DNA of 35,497 nt. Origin: an uncultured Methanosarcinales archaeon. Its GTDB lineage: Archaea; Nanobdellota; Nanobdellia; Woesearchaeales; CAZYIM01. Positions within the stretch are counted from its first letter, which is position 1. Each line of letters starts with the position of its first letter. Position numbers and translations under genes: made by a program. Location of the stretch: contig CAZYIM010000031.1 in NCBI GenBank assembly GCA_964647565.1, positions 1 to 35,497 on the forward strand. Direction: 5' to 3'. Below, one piece after another: positions 1-9,374 of this stretch. The notes under the pieces are model-generated. The model did not search any database. It was not told the origin of the DNA and worked only from the letters and a program-made list of their open reading frames with translations.

Positions 1-475
1 CTTCCACCTCAGGCTCAACTGCAGGTTCAGCTTCAGGCTCCTCAGCAACAGGCTCAGCAACTTCAGGCTCCTCAGCAACTTCTTCAACTACCTCTTTCAA
101 AGGCTTTTCTTCAGCAGCAGGAGTGTCATATTCAGTCTTGACCACAACCTCTTCAGGATTCTGTGCTCGCTCCAGCATCTCTTTTCTATTCTCCTCTTTA
201 GCATTAAAATCAGATGTTTCAGCATCTTCCCCTGGTATCGATTTAGGAGCTTCAACAGGCTGACTAGCTTCGGGAGCAGGTTCAACTGCCTTCGCCTCAT
301 CAGGTTTTTTCATAGTGGCAGCTTCCATTTTATCCTGGAAATCAGAATTAACCTTGTTTGCAGTTTCCAGCATACTCTTAGCCATCCTCAATGCTTCTGA
401 ATCAGAGCTAGCTAATCCATTTCCTTTCAGTGTCTCAACCAATTTTTTTAGATTATCATCCATTTCTTCAGCCAT
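1..475 (-). CDS. Acidic Glu/Pro/Ala/Val-rich hypothetical protein, truncated by the window edge
   Basis: Not in the ORF track. Manual translation from ATG 475: MAEEMDDNLKKLVETLKGNGLASSDSEALRMAKSML...EEPEVAEPVAEEPEAEPAVEPEVE, open to base 1. SD AGGTGA upstream (482-487). Confidence 0.85.
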   Translation of the reverse strand, partial: MAEEMDDNLKKLVETLKGNGLASSDSEALRMAKSMLETANKVNSDFQDKMEAATMKKPDEAKAVEPAPEASQPVEAPKSIPGEDAETSDFNAKEENRKEMLERAQNPEEVVVKTEYDTPAAEEKPLKEVVEEVAEEPEVAEPVAEEPEAEPAVEPEVE

Positions 476-529
476 AATTATTCACCTTAAAACAAAATTA
501 AGAGAAAAACATCGAGTTTATAAGTCTTT

Positions 530-1018
530 TTATAATCCTCGAAACCTAACCTCTTCTTGATGATATATTCGTTTTCCAGTCTTTTTTCGGGTGGAATTTA
601 AAATCTTACCGATAAAAATGAAATGATCCCCCACTTCCATCTCCTCCACAACCTCACATTCGATAAAAGCCAAAGCTTCTTTTATCCTGCCACAATCTAT
701 CTTCTCTGCTTCATCCATGACAAGACCACTCTTCTTGAACTTGTCAATATGCTCCCCGCTGTTCCGATTACAGAACATAACAGCTTCTTTTTGTTCGTAA
801 GACATAAAATTAACTACAAACGCCTGACTTTTCTTGATCAACCTATAGGAAAAATTTGATTTTCCAATAGAAAAGGCGTAAAAAGGGGGTTTTAGGCTCA
901 CAGGCATATGCCAATCAACAACTACCAAGTCGTCTTTCAATATCTCTTTGCCAAAAGAATCTATTTTTGATCTGCAGGAAATAAGAACACTCTGCCTATA
1001 GCCAAAAATCGGAAACAT
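530..1018 (-). CDS. Flavin reductase-like FMN-binding protein (DIM6/NTAB family)
   Basis: WHMPVSLKPP, FVVNF, SGEHIDKF, IECEV...GDHFIFIGKI motifs. Confidence 0.85.
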   Translation of the reverse strand: MFPIFGYRQSVLISCRSKIDSFGKEILKDDLVVVDWHMPVSLKPPFYAFSIGKSNFSYRLIKKSQAFVVNFMSYEQKEAVMFCNRNSGEHIDKFKKSGLVMDEAEKIDCGRIKEALAFIECEVVEEMEVGDHFIFIGKILNSTRKKTGKRIYHQEEVRFRGL

Positions 1019-1803
1019 TACTTCTCACCCATACCAAATATTTCTTCAGACTTATTCTTGGGTTCAATCCTCTTTTTAGACTTGGTAAAGATCTTATCGC
1101 CAACAATAAAAACAGCAATAGCAAATACGATCAGATATAATATTAGAGGGATGAAAAAAGGAACATGATATTTAAAAAATGCAAGATCGATAATCAGCAT
1201 AGACGTAATTGAATAAAACGATATCTTCAGCAAGTTAGAGTATCTTATTTTGTATCTGATTAGTCTAGTCATAAAAAATCCTATGCCTGCAAGCAGATAG
1301 ACGAATACCATATATTTCACAAATGAATAGACAAGGAATAATACTGCCAAAGAAGGAAGTATTAACCAAAAAAGGATGCTGATATAACTCTTGATTTGCT
1401 CTTTATTCGACAAGACATCCTTAAAATCTGCAAATGAGACGATACCTTTTTTAAAAAAGGTCTTATAGAAAACAGAATCCTTTGTAATCAACACCTTTTC
1501 ATCTTCCTGCAGGGTCTTTTCACTGTCGACAACCACAATGGGCTGTTTGCTTAACATCACCGGCGCATTGGTTTTAAGGGATATATCTACCTTCAACTCT
1601 TCAAATTCAGCAAATTTGTTATCCAGATAACCAGAAAAACCAAAAAGAGTTGGGATAAAAAACAGTCCCATCACAACATAACAAATGATGAAGATAAAAC
1701 TAAAATATTTGAAGGCTTGTACAACACTATCAGTCACTAGTTGTTTATAGCTATCCGGACTCAAACTCCTTATTATGGTAAAAAAATACTGCCATATTTT
1801 CAT
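1018..1803 (-). CDS. Multi-pass membrane protein, DUF1189-like
   Basis: N-terminal TM helix, extracellular loop, several C-terminal TM helices; 'YSNLLKISFYSIT' resembles DUF1189. Confidence 0.65.
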   Translation of the reverse strand: MKIWQYFFTIIRSLSPDSYKQLVTDSVVQAFKYFSFIFIICYVVMGLFFIPTLFGFSGYLDNKFAEFEELKVDISLKTNAPVMLSKQPIVVVDSEKTLQEDEKVLITKDSVFYKTFFKKGIVSFADFKDVLSNKEQIKSYISILFWLILPSLAVLFLVYSFVKYMVFVYLLAGIGFFMTRLIRYKIRYSNLLKISFYSITSMLIIDLAFFKYHVPFFIPLILYLIVFAIAVFIVGDKIFTKSKKRIEPKNKSEEIFGMGEK

Positions 1804-1828
1804 AGAGTTTTTTTAGGGAGGCTAGTAT

Positions 1829-2308
1829 TTAAATCTTTTTGCAAAAGAATATCAGGTCTTGTTCTTCTTCAATGTAGTCTATAATTGAGAAATAGTTGTT
1901 AACCAATTCCCTGATCTTATCCACGCGAGCACTCTTCTTGAGAACAGAGAATGCAAATAAGTCCTTGCCAACCTTTTTCATCCCGGCCAGGCCATTTTCA
2001 ATATCTGTAAAATTATGGATGGCAGTCACACTGATAACTGCATCAAAAGAAGCGTCCTTGAAGGGCAGATGCTCAGCAACAGCACAGACAACTGGACCTT
2101 GGGCTTGTTTTAGCAATTTGACAGAGGGATCAACACCAAAACATTTATTTTTAAAAAACTCTAATGAATAACCCGGACCGCATCCCACATCAAGAAGAAG
2201 CTGATTCTTGCCTAGATTCAGACGCTCCTTGATTAGTTTCAGCTTTCTGAACTGCTCTTCCCTGTGAAGTTCAATATAACCTGAGGCAATCTCATCATAA
2301 TAGGTCAT
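1829..2308 (-). CDS. Class I SAM-dependent methyltransferase
   Basis: LLDVGCGPG, GVDPS, AEHLPFKDASFDAVIS. Confidence 0.9.
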   Translation of the reverse strand: MTYYDEIASGYIELHREEQFRKLKLIKERLNLGKNQLLLDVGCGPGYSLEFFKNKCFGVDPSVKLLKQAQGPVVCAVAEHLPFKDASFDAVISVTAIHNFTDIENGLAGMKKVGKDLFAFSVLKKSARVDKIRELVNNYFSIIDYIEEEQDLIFFCKKI

Positions 2309-2341
2309 AACAAAAAAAAGAAGCTGCTTTTTATAAAGTTT

Positions 2342-3004
2342 TTACCTGATTGGATCCATGCGGTTTACTGCCTGTACCCTGTAGACACCGTCAATCTGCA
2401 ATATCTTCTTTTCTTCAATCCCCTGTTGCAGTATTTCTTCATATTTCTTCTGAATATCTTCTTCAGTGTCATAAGGCGGGAAAAATCTCACCTTATCCTC
2501 AAATTCATCTAATTTACCCTCCCCACCTTCATCAATATTCTTAAGCACCTTCATCACATTGCCTCTCTTCCTGATATAGAATTCATTATAAGGCGGATCA
2601 AGCAGAGGATCAGAACTTATTATATAAAACTGGGTCATTTTTACTCTGGCAAGGTATACAAAAGCCCATTCTACTTCCTTTACCTGGCCAAGGGCATTGG
2701 CCCTGTCCAGGCCAAATTTATACATCTTTTCAATCTCTTCTTTGTTTCCCTCCACGACTGCATCAATTGTTCCATCAAAGTAATCATCACGTGCATTTAT
2801 GTCTTTGCCAGTAATATGATTATAAGGAATTTTTTTATCAGGATAACTCTCGATTAATACCTCTATTTTTTCATTGTTCTGTTCATAATAAAACTGAAAA
2901 GATGCATATGGCTCTCTTTTTTCTGAGAGTCGAGAAGACGCGCAACCCAACCAAAATAGCGAACTGATAAGAACTGAACCCACCCAAGCCTGCCATTGTT
3001 TCAT
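2342..3004 (-). CDS. Putative lipoprotein, paralog of 3073..3726, two internal repeats
   Basis: Signal peptide with lipobox WLGC; ARDDYFDGTID and DEGGEGKLD acidic loops; SD GAGGTG. Confidence 0.75.
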   Translation of the reverse strand: MKQWQAWVGSVLISSLFWLGCASSRLSEKREPYASFQFYYEQNNEKIEVLIESYPDKKIPYNHITGKDINARDDYFDGTIDAVVEGNKEEIEKMYKFGLDRANALGQVKEVEWAFVYLARVKMTQFYIISSDPLLDPPYNEFYIRKRGNVMKVLKNIDEGGEGKLDEFEDKVRFFPPYDTEEDIQKKYEEILQQGIEEKKILQIDGVYRVQAVNRMDPIR

Positions 3005-3072
3005 TTAAACCACCTCGCAAATAATAGGTTTTATTGTACCATATGAATTCATGGCTCGAGACTTTCCAAAAT

Positions 3073-3726
3073 CTATCTTAGTCCCATCGGATTAGTATCG
3101 GTCTCCACAAGATAGATTCCATCTGTTTCGATAATCCTACCTTCCTCAATACCTGCATCCAATACTTTGTTGTATCTCAATTGGATCTCTCCTATTGAAT
3201 AGGGATCCCCTTCCACTATTTCATCTATGCTACCATCTCTCTCCATATCAATGGCTTTTAATGGTGCAAACGGTCTTTCAAATGTTCGGGATATGAAAAA
3301 AACATTACGAGGCGTACCTGCAGTATAGCTTCTTATTTCATAGATATAGGATCCTTCTTGATATGTATAAGTGAAGGGCCATTTGTTAGTCCGTATCCTA
3401 CCCAAAATCTCGGCTTGTCTCAATCCAGCATCATATATTGCCTGTATTTTTTCCTTTGAGAATTTCCCCTTCGCATAATCAACTATTTTATTCTGTCCAT
3501 CGTCTCGCGCCGTAAATTTAAACATCTGTTCTTTGCATTCAATGATTGTATACGCTTCTTGACCAGGATCATTAATTGATTTTATTAAAATCTTATGTGT
3601 TTTGTTGTCTTCTGTTTTATAGTTAAAGGAAAAAGTAGACCTCGGCCTCACTCCAGAAAACATTGTACAGCCCGTAAACATTAAGGGTATTAATGAACTT
3701 AGTGCAACTTTCTTTGTAAATTTCAT
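3073..3726 (-). CDS. Putative lipoprotein, paralog of 2342..3004
   Basis: Lipobox FTGC; ARDDGQNKIVD and DMERDGSID loops; C-terminus GIEEGRIIETDGIYLV matches GIEEKKILQIDGVYRV; SD AGGTGA. Confidence 0.75.
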   Translation of the reverse strand: MKFTKKVALSSLIPLMFTGCTMFSGVRPRSTFSFNYKTEDNKTHKILIKSINDPGQEAYTIIECKEQMFKFTARDDGQNKIVDYAKGKFSKEKIQAIYDAGLRQAEILGRIRTNKWPFTYTYQEGSYIYEIRSYTAGTPRNVFFISRTFERPFAPLKAIDMERDGSIDEIVEGDPYSIGEIQLRYNKVLDAGIEEGRIIETDGIYLVETDTNPMGLR

Positions 3727-3786
3727 TCATATCACCTAACAGTCAGTTATTCTTCACAAATATTTAAGTGTTCTATAAATTAAAAC

Positions 3787-5208
3787 TTAATCATACTCAA
3801 ACCATGGAGGGATCTGCTGTGCTTCCCATAACCTATAATAAGCATCAGCACCCACACCAATTGGATCGTAAAAATAAAACTTATAATACGGCGTGAATTT
3901 AAAACTATGATAGTATTGCCAAATCTTATAGGGCCTGCTTTCGCGAGGCATAGTCTCATAAATTATTTCATCTGGAGGGCCACAACAAATCCAGACAATA
4001 CCCATATGACTGTCACTGCCTTTTAATCCACCAGCACTAAAATTTTCATTAGCAAAATGAACTCTTTTGGCAAATTCATCTAAAAACTCATTTTCTCTTG
4101 TATCAGAAGTCGGATCAAACTCTTTCCAGAATTCATACCAGGTATTCTCCCGAGATTCTCCAGGTTTGGATTTTTTTAGTTGCTCATACAATTCTGAATC
4201 ATATTGAATAAAATTTTTTACCAGTTTAAGAGTAAAATCAAAATCATCTGCAAGATCAAACTCTGCTTTGTAAATCCCAAACTGTTTGCTAATACCTGTG
4301 CTAAGATTATCAGATTTTGCCTCAATACCAAGAAGGTACACTCCATTTGCGAATTCACCAAGATCAAAGCGCGCAGTCTTTATGTCTTCAACTGATTCGG
4401 TTCGTAAGGAGTCTGGAAGAAGTTGGTTGCCTTTAGCGTCGAATATCGAATACTCAATATTGACAGGATTTTTGTTATTATAGATCATATAGGATATGTC
4501 CAGGACATCCTTGAACCTCCTATTTGAATATTGTAGGAGTTTTATCCTAGCTATAGAAGAAGTATCTTGTTCATCTCCAAATAAATCTTTCTTATATTCA
4601 GGAAAGCCAATGTCGCTCAGCACCAAATCATCCTCTTTGAAGGATTCCACAATAACATTTTCTCTTTCAACTTTTGCCTTCTGCTTTGAATTGTGATCCT
4701 CAAAATTGACAACAAGCATATATTCTCCGGGCGCAATCTGAAAAGACTTCCTTCTTATAATCGCATTATCTGCTTTTGTCGATTCAAAATTGTCAAAGGT
4801 GAGTGTTTCATCCCAGATCTTATCAAAAACATATTCACCGTCTTTATCATAACATTGTAAACCGACAGTAAATTCAGAGCGATATTTCTCGCCTTCAGTT
4901 TTAACAAACTGTTGATCATTGGTATTTAGGGAGTAAAAAAGCTCAACATCATATACACCCTCTTTCCACGTGCCTTGGAAATCTACAAAGAAATCAATAT
5001 CTCCCTCTGCATCAGGAGGCACTTGATAAAAAGGAGATGTTTGCTTATACTTAGGGAAAAGGATCTCATCTTGGTTCAAAATTTCATCCAATCCTTGTTT
5101 TAAGGCAGCACAAGAAACCAAACCGCCTAAAGCCAAAACTAAGGCCACACCTTTTGTTTTACCCCACAAACTATTTAACAAGCTCGTTTGGATCCCCTCC
5201 ATCATCAT
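3787..5208 (-). CDS. GWxTD-domain-like lipoprotein with divergent motif
   Basis: Lipobox LVSC; C-terminal FWKEFDPTSDTRENEFLDEFAKRVHFANENFS...KGSDSHMGIVWICCGPPDEI...PYKIWQY follows the GWxTD domain pattern. Start may be ATG 5202 or 5205. Confidence 0.8.
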   Translation of the reverse strand: MMMEGIQTSLLNSLWGKTKGVALVLALGGLVSCAALKQGLDEILNQDEILFPKYKQTSPFYQVPPDAEGDIDFFVDFQGTWKEGVYDVELFYSLNTNDQQFVKTEGEKYRSEFTVGLQCYDKDGEYVFDKIWDETLTFDNFESTKADNAIIRRKSFQIAPGEYMLVVNFEDHNSKQKAKVERENVIVESFKEDDLVLSDIGFPEYKKDLFGDEQDTSSIARIKLLQYSNRRFKDVLDISYMIYNNKNPVNIEYSIFDAKGNQLLPDSLRTESVEDIKTARFDLGEFANGVYLLGIEAKSDNLSTGISKQFGIYKAEFDLADDFDFTLKLVKNFIQYDSELYEQLKKSKPGESRENTWYEFWKEFDPTSDTRENEFLDEFAKRVHFANENFSAGGLKGSDSHMGIVWICCGPPDEIIYETMPRESRPYKIWQYYHSFKFTPYYKFYFYDPIGVGADAYYRLWEAQQIPPWFEYD

Positions 5209-5221
5209 CTAGCAAATTTAG

Positions 5222-5241
5222 TATTTAAACTTTCGCAATAG
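5222..5241 (-). promoter_or_regulatory. Archaeal promoter (BRE/TATA) with upstream CTATTG box for the GWxTD-like gene
   Basis: Minus strand reads CTATTG CGAAAG TTTAAATA; same layout as promoters at 21067-21086 and 21117-21136. Confidence 0.6.
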
Positions 5242-5302
5242 GGATTCTATAATGGAAAAATAAATAAAGGCGCATTAAATTACGTTAAAAGGGTGCTAAA
5301 AA

Positions 5303-5734
5303 ATAGTTAAGATTCATATCCAAAAAATTCGCGATGTCAAATCTCCAAATTATGCTCATATAGGAGATGCGGGCATGGACATCTTTTCTGCTATTGATCA
5401 TATCCTTAAGCCAGGAGAACGCAAGCTGATTCCAACAGGCATTAAGTTTGCTATACCTTTAGGTTATGAAGCTCAAATCCGACCTAAATCAGGCCTTGCC
5501 TTGAAGCACGGCCTTTCCATCGTCAACACACCAGGCACACTTGATGCGGGTTATAGGGGTGAACTTGGAGTAATCCTTATTAACCATGGTAATGAAACAT
5601 TCTCAATTGAAAAGAACACTAAGATCGCCCAGATGGTCATAACCAAGGTAGAACAAGCAAATGTTGTTGAAGTATCTGAACTTGACGAAACCACTAGAGG
5701 CGATGGTGGTTTTGGCAGTACAGGCCTAGAATAA
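5303..5734 (+). CDS. dut: Trimeric dUTPase
   Basis: GDAGMD, RPKSGLA, PGTLDAGYRGE, KIAQMV, RGDGGFGSTG motifs. The frame extends upstream of ATG 5375 to ATA 5303, with an in-frame stop at 5297-5299. Confidence 0.95.
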   Translation: MVKIHIQKIRDVKSPNYAHIGDAGMDIFSAIDHILKPGERKLIPTGIKFAIPLGYEAQIRPKSGLALKHGLSIVNTPGTLDAGYRGELGVILINHGNETFSIEKNTKIAQMVITKVEQANVVEVSELDETTRGDGGFGSTGLE

Positions 5735-7078
5735 TCAAGCAGTTCTAAGAAATTTTCTTGTGCTTAGTTTTAGCCATATTGAACTAATGACTCCGCTTAT
5801 TACATTTGCTACAAGAATCGATATGAATATCGCTTCAATTCCATATCCATAAACATCCATCAAGACCAGGGATATCAATAATACTATCACAATGGTTCGG
5901 AGGGTATTCATCACCATACCTGGTAAGCCCCGGCCTATACCCTGAAATATGGCTATAGATATTATACCCAACGCTGCGAATGGAAATGAAAAGACAACAA
6001 AACGTAGATAGTTAGTACCTGTCAATATCACCTCAGGATTATTGATAAAAAAGCTTATCATGGGTTTTGCAAAAATAAAAAGCAATATTCCTGACAAAGT
6101 CATCCATGCAGTTGAAATTGAAAATGAGAAATTGATTATTGATTTCAGTTTTTTATATTCCTTCGCACCCTTGAAATAACCTGCAACTGTGATAGCACCC
6201 GCAGAAAGGCCAATCAAAGGAAGTATAATAAGAGATTCCACTCTGTGACCTAAACCAATTGCAGATATACCTATTGCTCCAAATCTTGAGACCAACCAGT
6301 TAAGGATCATAAAACCAACCACCATAGTCATCTGAGATATTGATGTGGGTACACCCACTATTAAAATATTCTTTAAAGTGTTCCAGGAATATTTAAAATG
6401 TTTTAATCGGATATCAAATCCTGATTTCTTTTTGATCAAGATGTGGTTGATTATAAGCAAGGCGGTAATGAACCGGGATATCACTGTTGCAATCGCAGCA
6501 CCTTTTACACCTAAACCAAGCACAAAAATAAAGATTGGATCCAGAGCAATATTTATCAGCATTGCAATTATCATGAATTTCATCGGATTCTTGGTATCAC
6601 CTTCACCTCGTAGGACTGAGTTGGCAATAAAGTCAAAGAACATGAATAGGCTTCCCAGAAAAATCACTGTCAGATATTGAATGCCATATTCAAGATAGTT
6701 CCCTTTTGCACCCATCAGTAGCAGGATAGGTTTTGTCAGGATGATGCCCAGGATTGTAATTAAGATACCTACTATAACACTAAAAACAATTGCATGTTCA
6801 GCAGCTTTATTTGCAGCTCGTTTGTTCTTTTCACCAAGCCTGCGAGATATCAATGAAGTTGCACCCACTCCAATTCCTCCTCCAAGAGCTATAAGCAAGA
6901 ACTGCACTGGAAAAGCCATGGTCAATGCTGCAACGGCATCTGCCCCCAATCTCCCAACAAAAAAGGTATCCACGATATTAAACAAAGTGTGAACTGAGAA
7001 TGCTATAATCATGGGTAACGAAAGCATAAGAAGACCCTTTCTGGGCTGCTTGATTAGTTGCTTTAATTTATCACTCAT
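5735..7078 (-). CDS. MATE family efflux transporter
   Basis: NIVDTFFVGRLG, LRGEGDTKNPM, NIALDPIFIF, GVKGAAIAT; about 12 TM helices. Likely start MSDKL at 7078 (track extends to 7156). Confidence 0.93.
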   Translation of the reverse strand: MSDKLKQLIKQPRKGLLMLSLPMIIAFSVHTLFNIVDTFFVGRLGADAVAALTMAFPVQFLLIALGGGIGVGATSLISRRLGEKNKRAANKAAEHAIVFSVIVGILITILGIILTKPILLLMGAKGNYLEYGIQYLTVIFLGSLFMFFDFIANSVLRGEGDTKNPMKFMIIAMLINIALDPIFIFVLGLGVKGAAIATVISRFITALLIINHILIKKKSGFDIRLKHFKYSWNTLKNILIVGVPTSISQMTMVVGFMILNWLVSRFGAIGISAIGLGHRVESLIILPLIGLSAGAITVAGYFKGAKEYKKLKSIINFSFSISTAWMTLSGILLFIFAKPMISFFINNPEVILTGTNYLRFVVFSFPFAALGIISIAIFQGIGRGLPGMVMNTLRTIVIVLLISLVLMDVYGYGIEAIFISILVANVISGVISSIWLKLSTRKFLRTA

Positions 7079-7193
7079 AATCTGCAAATCTAGAGCAAGA
7101 TTTATAACACTTTTGCAACAGTATTTTTTCATTTCGCAGTGGTAACAAAACAACAAACTTTATAAAGGGTGAATGGTTTTTTCGACGCATAAG

Positions 7194-8585
7194 ATGATGA
7201 AGTTAATCAAGATCACAGATAAGAGCACAAGAGTAGTGCCTCACGACAGATTCAAAAGCAGGGAAAAAGGCCTTCAAAAGCTGGTTGAAAAGGCCATGAG
7301 TGAGCTTCTCGACCTTAATTTTGTTGGCACAGAGATGACCATCAGCTATGGAGGAAGAATCGATTCAATCGGCATAACAGATGAAAACAGACTAACCCTG
7401 GTCGAATACAAAGAAAGAGTTTCTAAAGACATATTTTCACAGGGCCTATTCTATGTGGATTGCGCAATAAATAGCCCTGACGAGTTTGCAAAATGGGTCA
7501 GAGATCAAAGTGGAGCCGAGATAAACAAACAGCTAGATCCCAAACTAATTCTAGTATCAAAATCATTTAACACATTTCAGAAATTTGCATTCAACAGGGT
7601 GAATAATGAACAGGAGCTACTATTCAAAGAGTATGAAGTGTTCAAAGGAAGAGGGCAAAGATATCTAGCCCTTCGAAACTGTCCTCTACCCCAAGATTTC
7701 ACAGATGGTCAAGAGTTTGATGAAGACTTAAGATTGATTAAAGATAATGGCAAAGTAGAAAGGCTCCAAGAAATAATAAATGAAATTGATCATGAAGAGA
7801 TACGAACTCTTATATTCAAGCATGCACCCCTTTTAATTAACTCCAGATGCTTCAAGAGAGAGATCAAAGAGGGATATAAAGGAATCAATTCCATTTTCAA
7901 TACAGCCCTGGATTTATCAACAGATAGGTTCATGATATTGGAATATGACTCAATCCATAATTTCCTTGATGATGCTATAATTAAAAAAACCTGGGCCATT
8001 AACCATAAGGAACGAATGGAAGAAGCCATCGGTGAAAAAGGCGTCATAAATTGGAATTATGAACCCAGAATCTTAATTTTTGCAAATAAGCTAACACCTC
8101 TAGAGAAAATTGCAATAGACAGTATTCCAAGTCAAATCATACCCTTCGAATATAAGATGTTCAGTGAAAAAGATGGCAGCAGATACCTTCTTCTTGAACA
8201 GGCCACACTTCCCAGAGATTTCCACACATTCCCAAAATACAGAATCTATGGAATAGACGATACAATCAAGAATATCGATAATCCGCAAACCAAGAAAGCT
8301 CTTGGAGAAATAGTTTCTGAAATCAATGGTCTTGGCAATGATGTGAAGATCAAATACAGGAAGAGCAGCATAAGCATTCATCGAAAAAATTTATTTTGCA
8401 GGATAAAACCTTATCGCGAGCATATCAATATCAAGATTAAGATAGGCTCACAGCTCCAGGATCCAACACATCAAACTGAAAACCACAAGATGGATGAAAA
8501 CTACAGACGATTCAATATAATTAGAAAAGCTGATGTACCCTATGCACTCCAGTTGGTAAAACAAGCTTATGATATCAATAAGTGA
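7194..8585 (+). CDS. PD-(D/E)xK (NucS/DUF91-like) nuclease with a duplicated degenerate nuclease domain and C-terminal DUF5655-like domain
   Basis: EKGLQKLVE...GRIDSIG...LVEYK...QGLFY in repeat 1; second homologous block; C-terminal KIKYRKSSISIHRKNLFCRI...YALQLVKQAY. TATA at 7159-7166 suggests a start near 7194. Confidence 0.75.
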   Translation: MMKLIKITDKSTRVVPHDRFKSREKGLQKLVEKAMSELLDLNFVGTEMTISYGGRIDSIGITDENRLTLVEYKERVSKDIFSQGLFYVDCAINSPDEFAKWVRDQSGAEINKQLDPKLILVSKSFNTFQKFAFNRVNNEQELLFKEYEVFKGRGQRYLALRNCPLPQDFTDGQEFDEDLRLIKDNGKVERLQEIINEIDHEEIRTLIFKHAPLLINSRCFKREIKEGYKGINSIFNTALDLSTDRFMILEYDSIHNFLDDAIIKKTWAINHKERMEEAIGEKGVINWNYEPRILIFANKLTPLEKIAIDSIPSQIIPFEYKMFSEKDGSRYLLLEQATLPRDFHTFPKYRIYGIDDTIKNIDNPQTKKALGEIVSEINGLGNDVKIKYRKSSISIHRKNLFCRIKPYREHINIKIKIGSQLQDPTHQTENHKMDENYRRFNIIRKADVPYALQLVKQAYDINK

Positions 8586-8684
8586 TTGCAATAAATTCCA
8601 CAAACTCTTGTTCTGAATCACGAAATTATTTTTAAACCAGTGCGTCTTACAACTAGATTGTAGCAAAAAAATTCACAATAAAGA

Positions 8685-9248
8685 ATGAACTCGAAACAAC
8701 AAGACTATTGGGCCACTTTATGGAAGAATCCTAAACAAAGGAAACAGATACTAGATGAAGCTATGGCTTATGCAAAACAGGGGCAGAGGGGTGTTGAAGA
8801 TGTCGCGCAATATATTGCCGACAGGCTGGGGGTTGGTAAATTATTCAAGTCTTACGGCAAATTCGAGAAGGCAGTAGCAGGAAATCAGACAGCAATGTCG
8901 TACATGAACCGGCCAATCAATCCATTTCTTGCCATGTCACAGGATGAACTAAAGCTGCCTGCCAATGAGCTAGAAGACAAAGCTACCCAAGAGTATTATC
9001 GCATCCATCAGGAACTGCTAACCGCAGTTCCTGATCTTGGTGAAGAAGAACTTAAAAACCTTTCAATGAAAGATTCGCAATCAGCCTATTCTGTCTTTAA
9101 AGCTCTCTACAAAGAAGGCGCATTCCAGCCAATACCGCAGTTAGCCCAATACTTGAAAAACAATTCTAATATCCAATCTGAACAAGCTTCTGAGTTTTTA
9201 TGCGATGCAATATTCAGACTGCAAAAAGCAGATTTCAAATTAGTGTAA
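8685..9248 (+). CDS. Hypothetical helical protein
   Basis: 187-aa ORF with an upstream TATA-like element and a downstream T-rich tract; no recognised motif. Confidence 0.7.
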   Translation: MNSKQQDYWATLWKNPKQRKQILDEAMAYAKQGQRGVEDVAQYIADRLGVGKLFKSYGKFEKAVAGNQTAMSYMNRPINPFLAMSQDELKLPANELEDKATQEYYRIHQELLTAVPDLGEEELKNLSMKDSQSAYSVFKALYKEGAFQPIPQLAQYLKNNSNIQSEQASEFLCDAIFRLQKADFKLV

Positions 9249-9374
9249 AACAGCAATTTTTTTATTTATTTTTTTATACCAGCCATCATAAGTCGCCAAT
9301 AAACTCCCTATTTTTATTACTTTAGAGTGATAAAAAACGAAAGCTTTATAAAGAAAAATAGCTTATTTCTGCAC

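Noticed and set aside
31..79. 19-bp direct repeat cttcaggctcctcagcaac (31-49, 61-79)
   Set aside because: Coding repeat (VAEEPE) in a low-complexity protein; not CRISPR or att
97..560. Track ORFs 97..300 and 315..560
   Set aside because: Shadows of the real minus-strand gene 1..475, which has an SD
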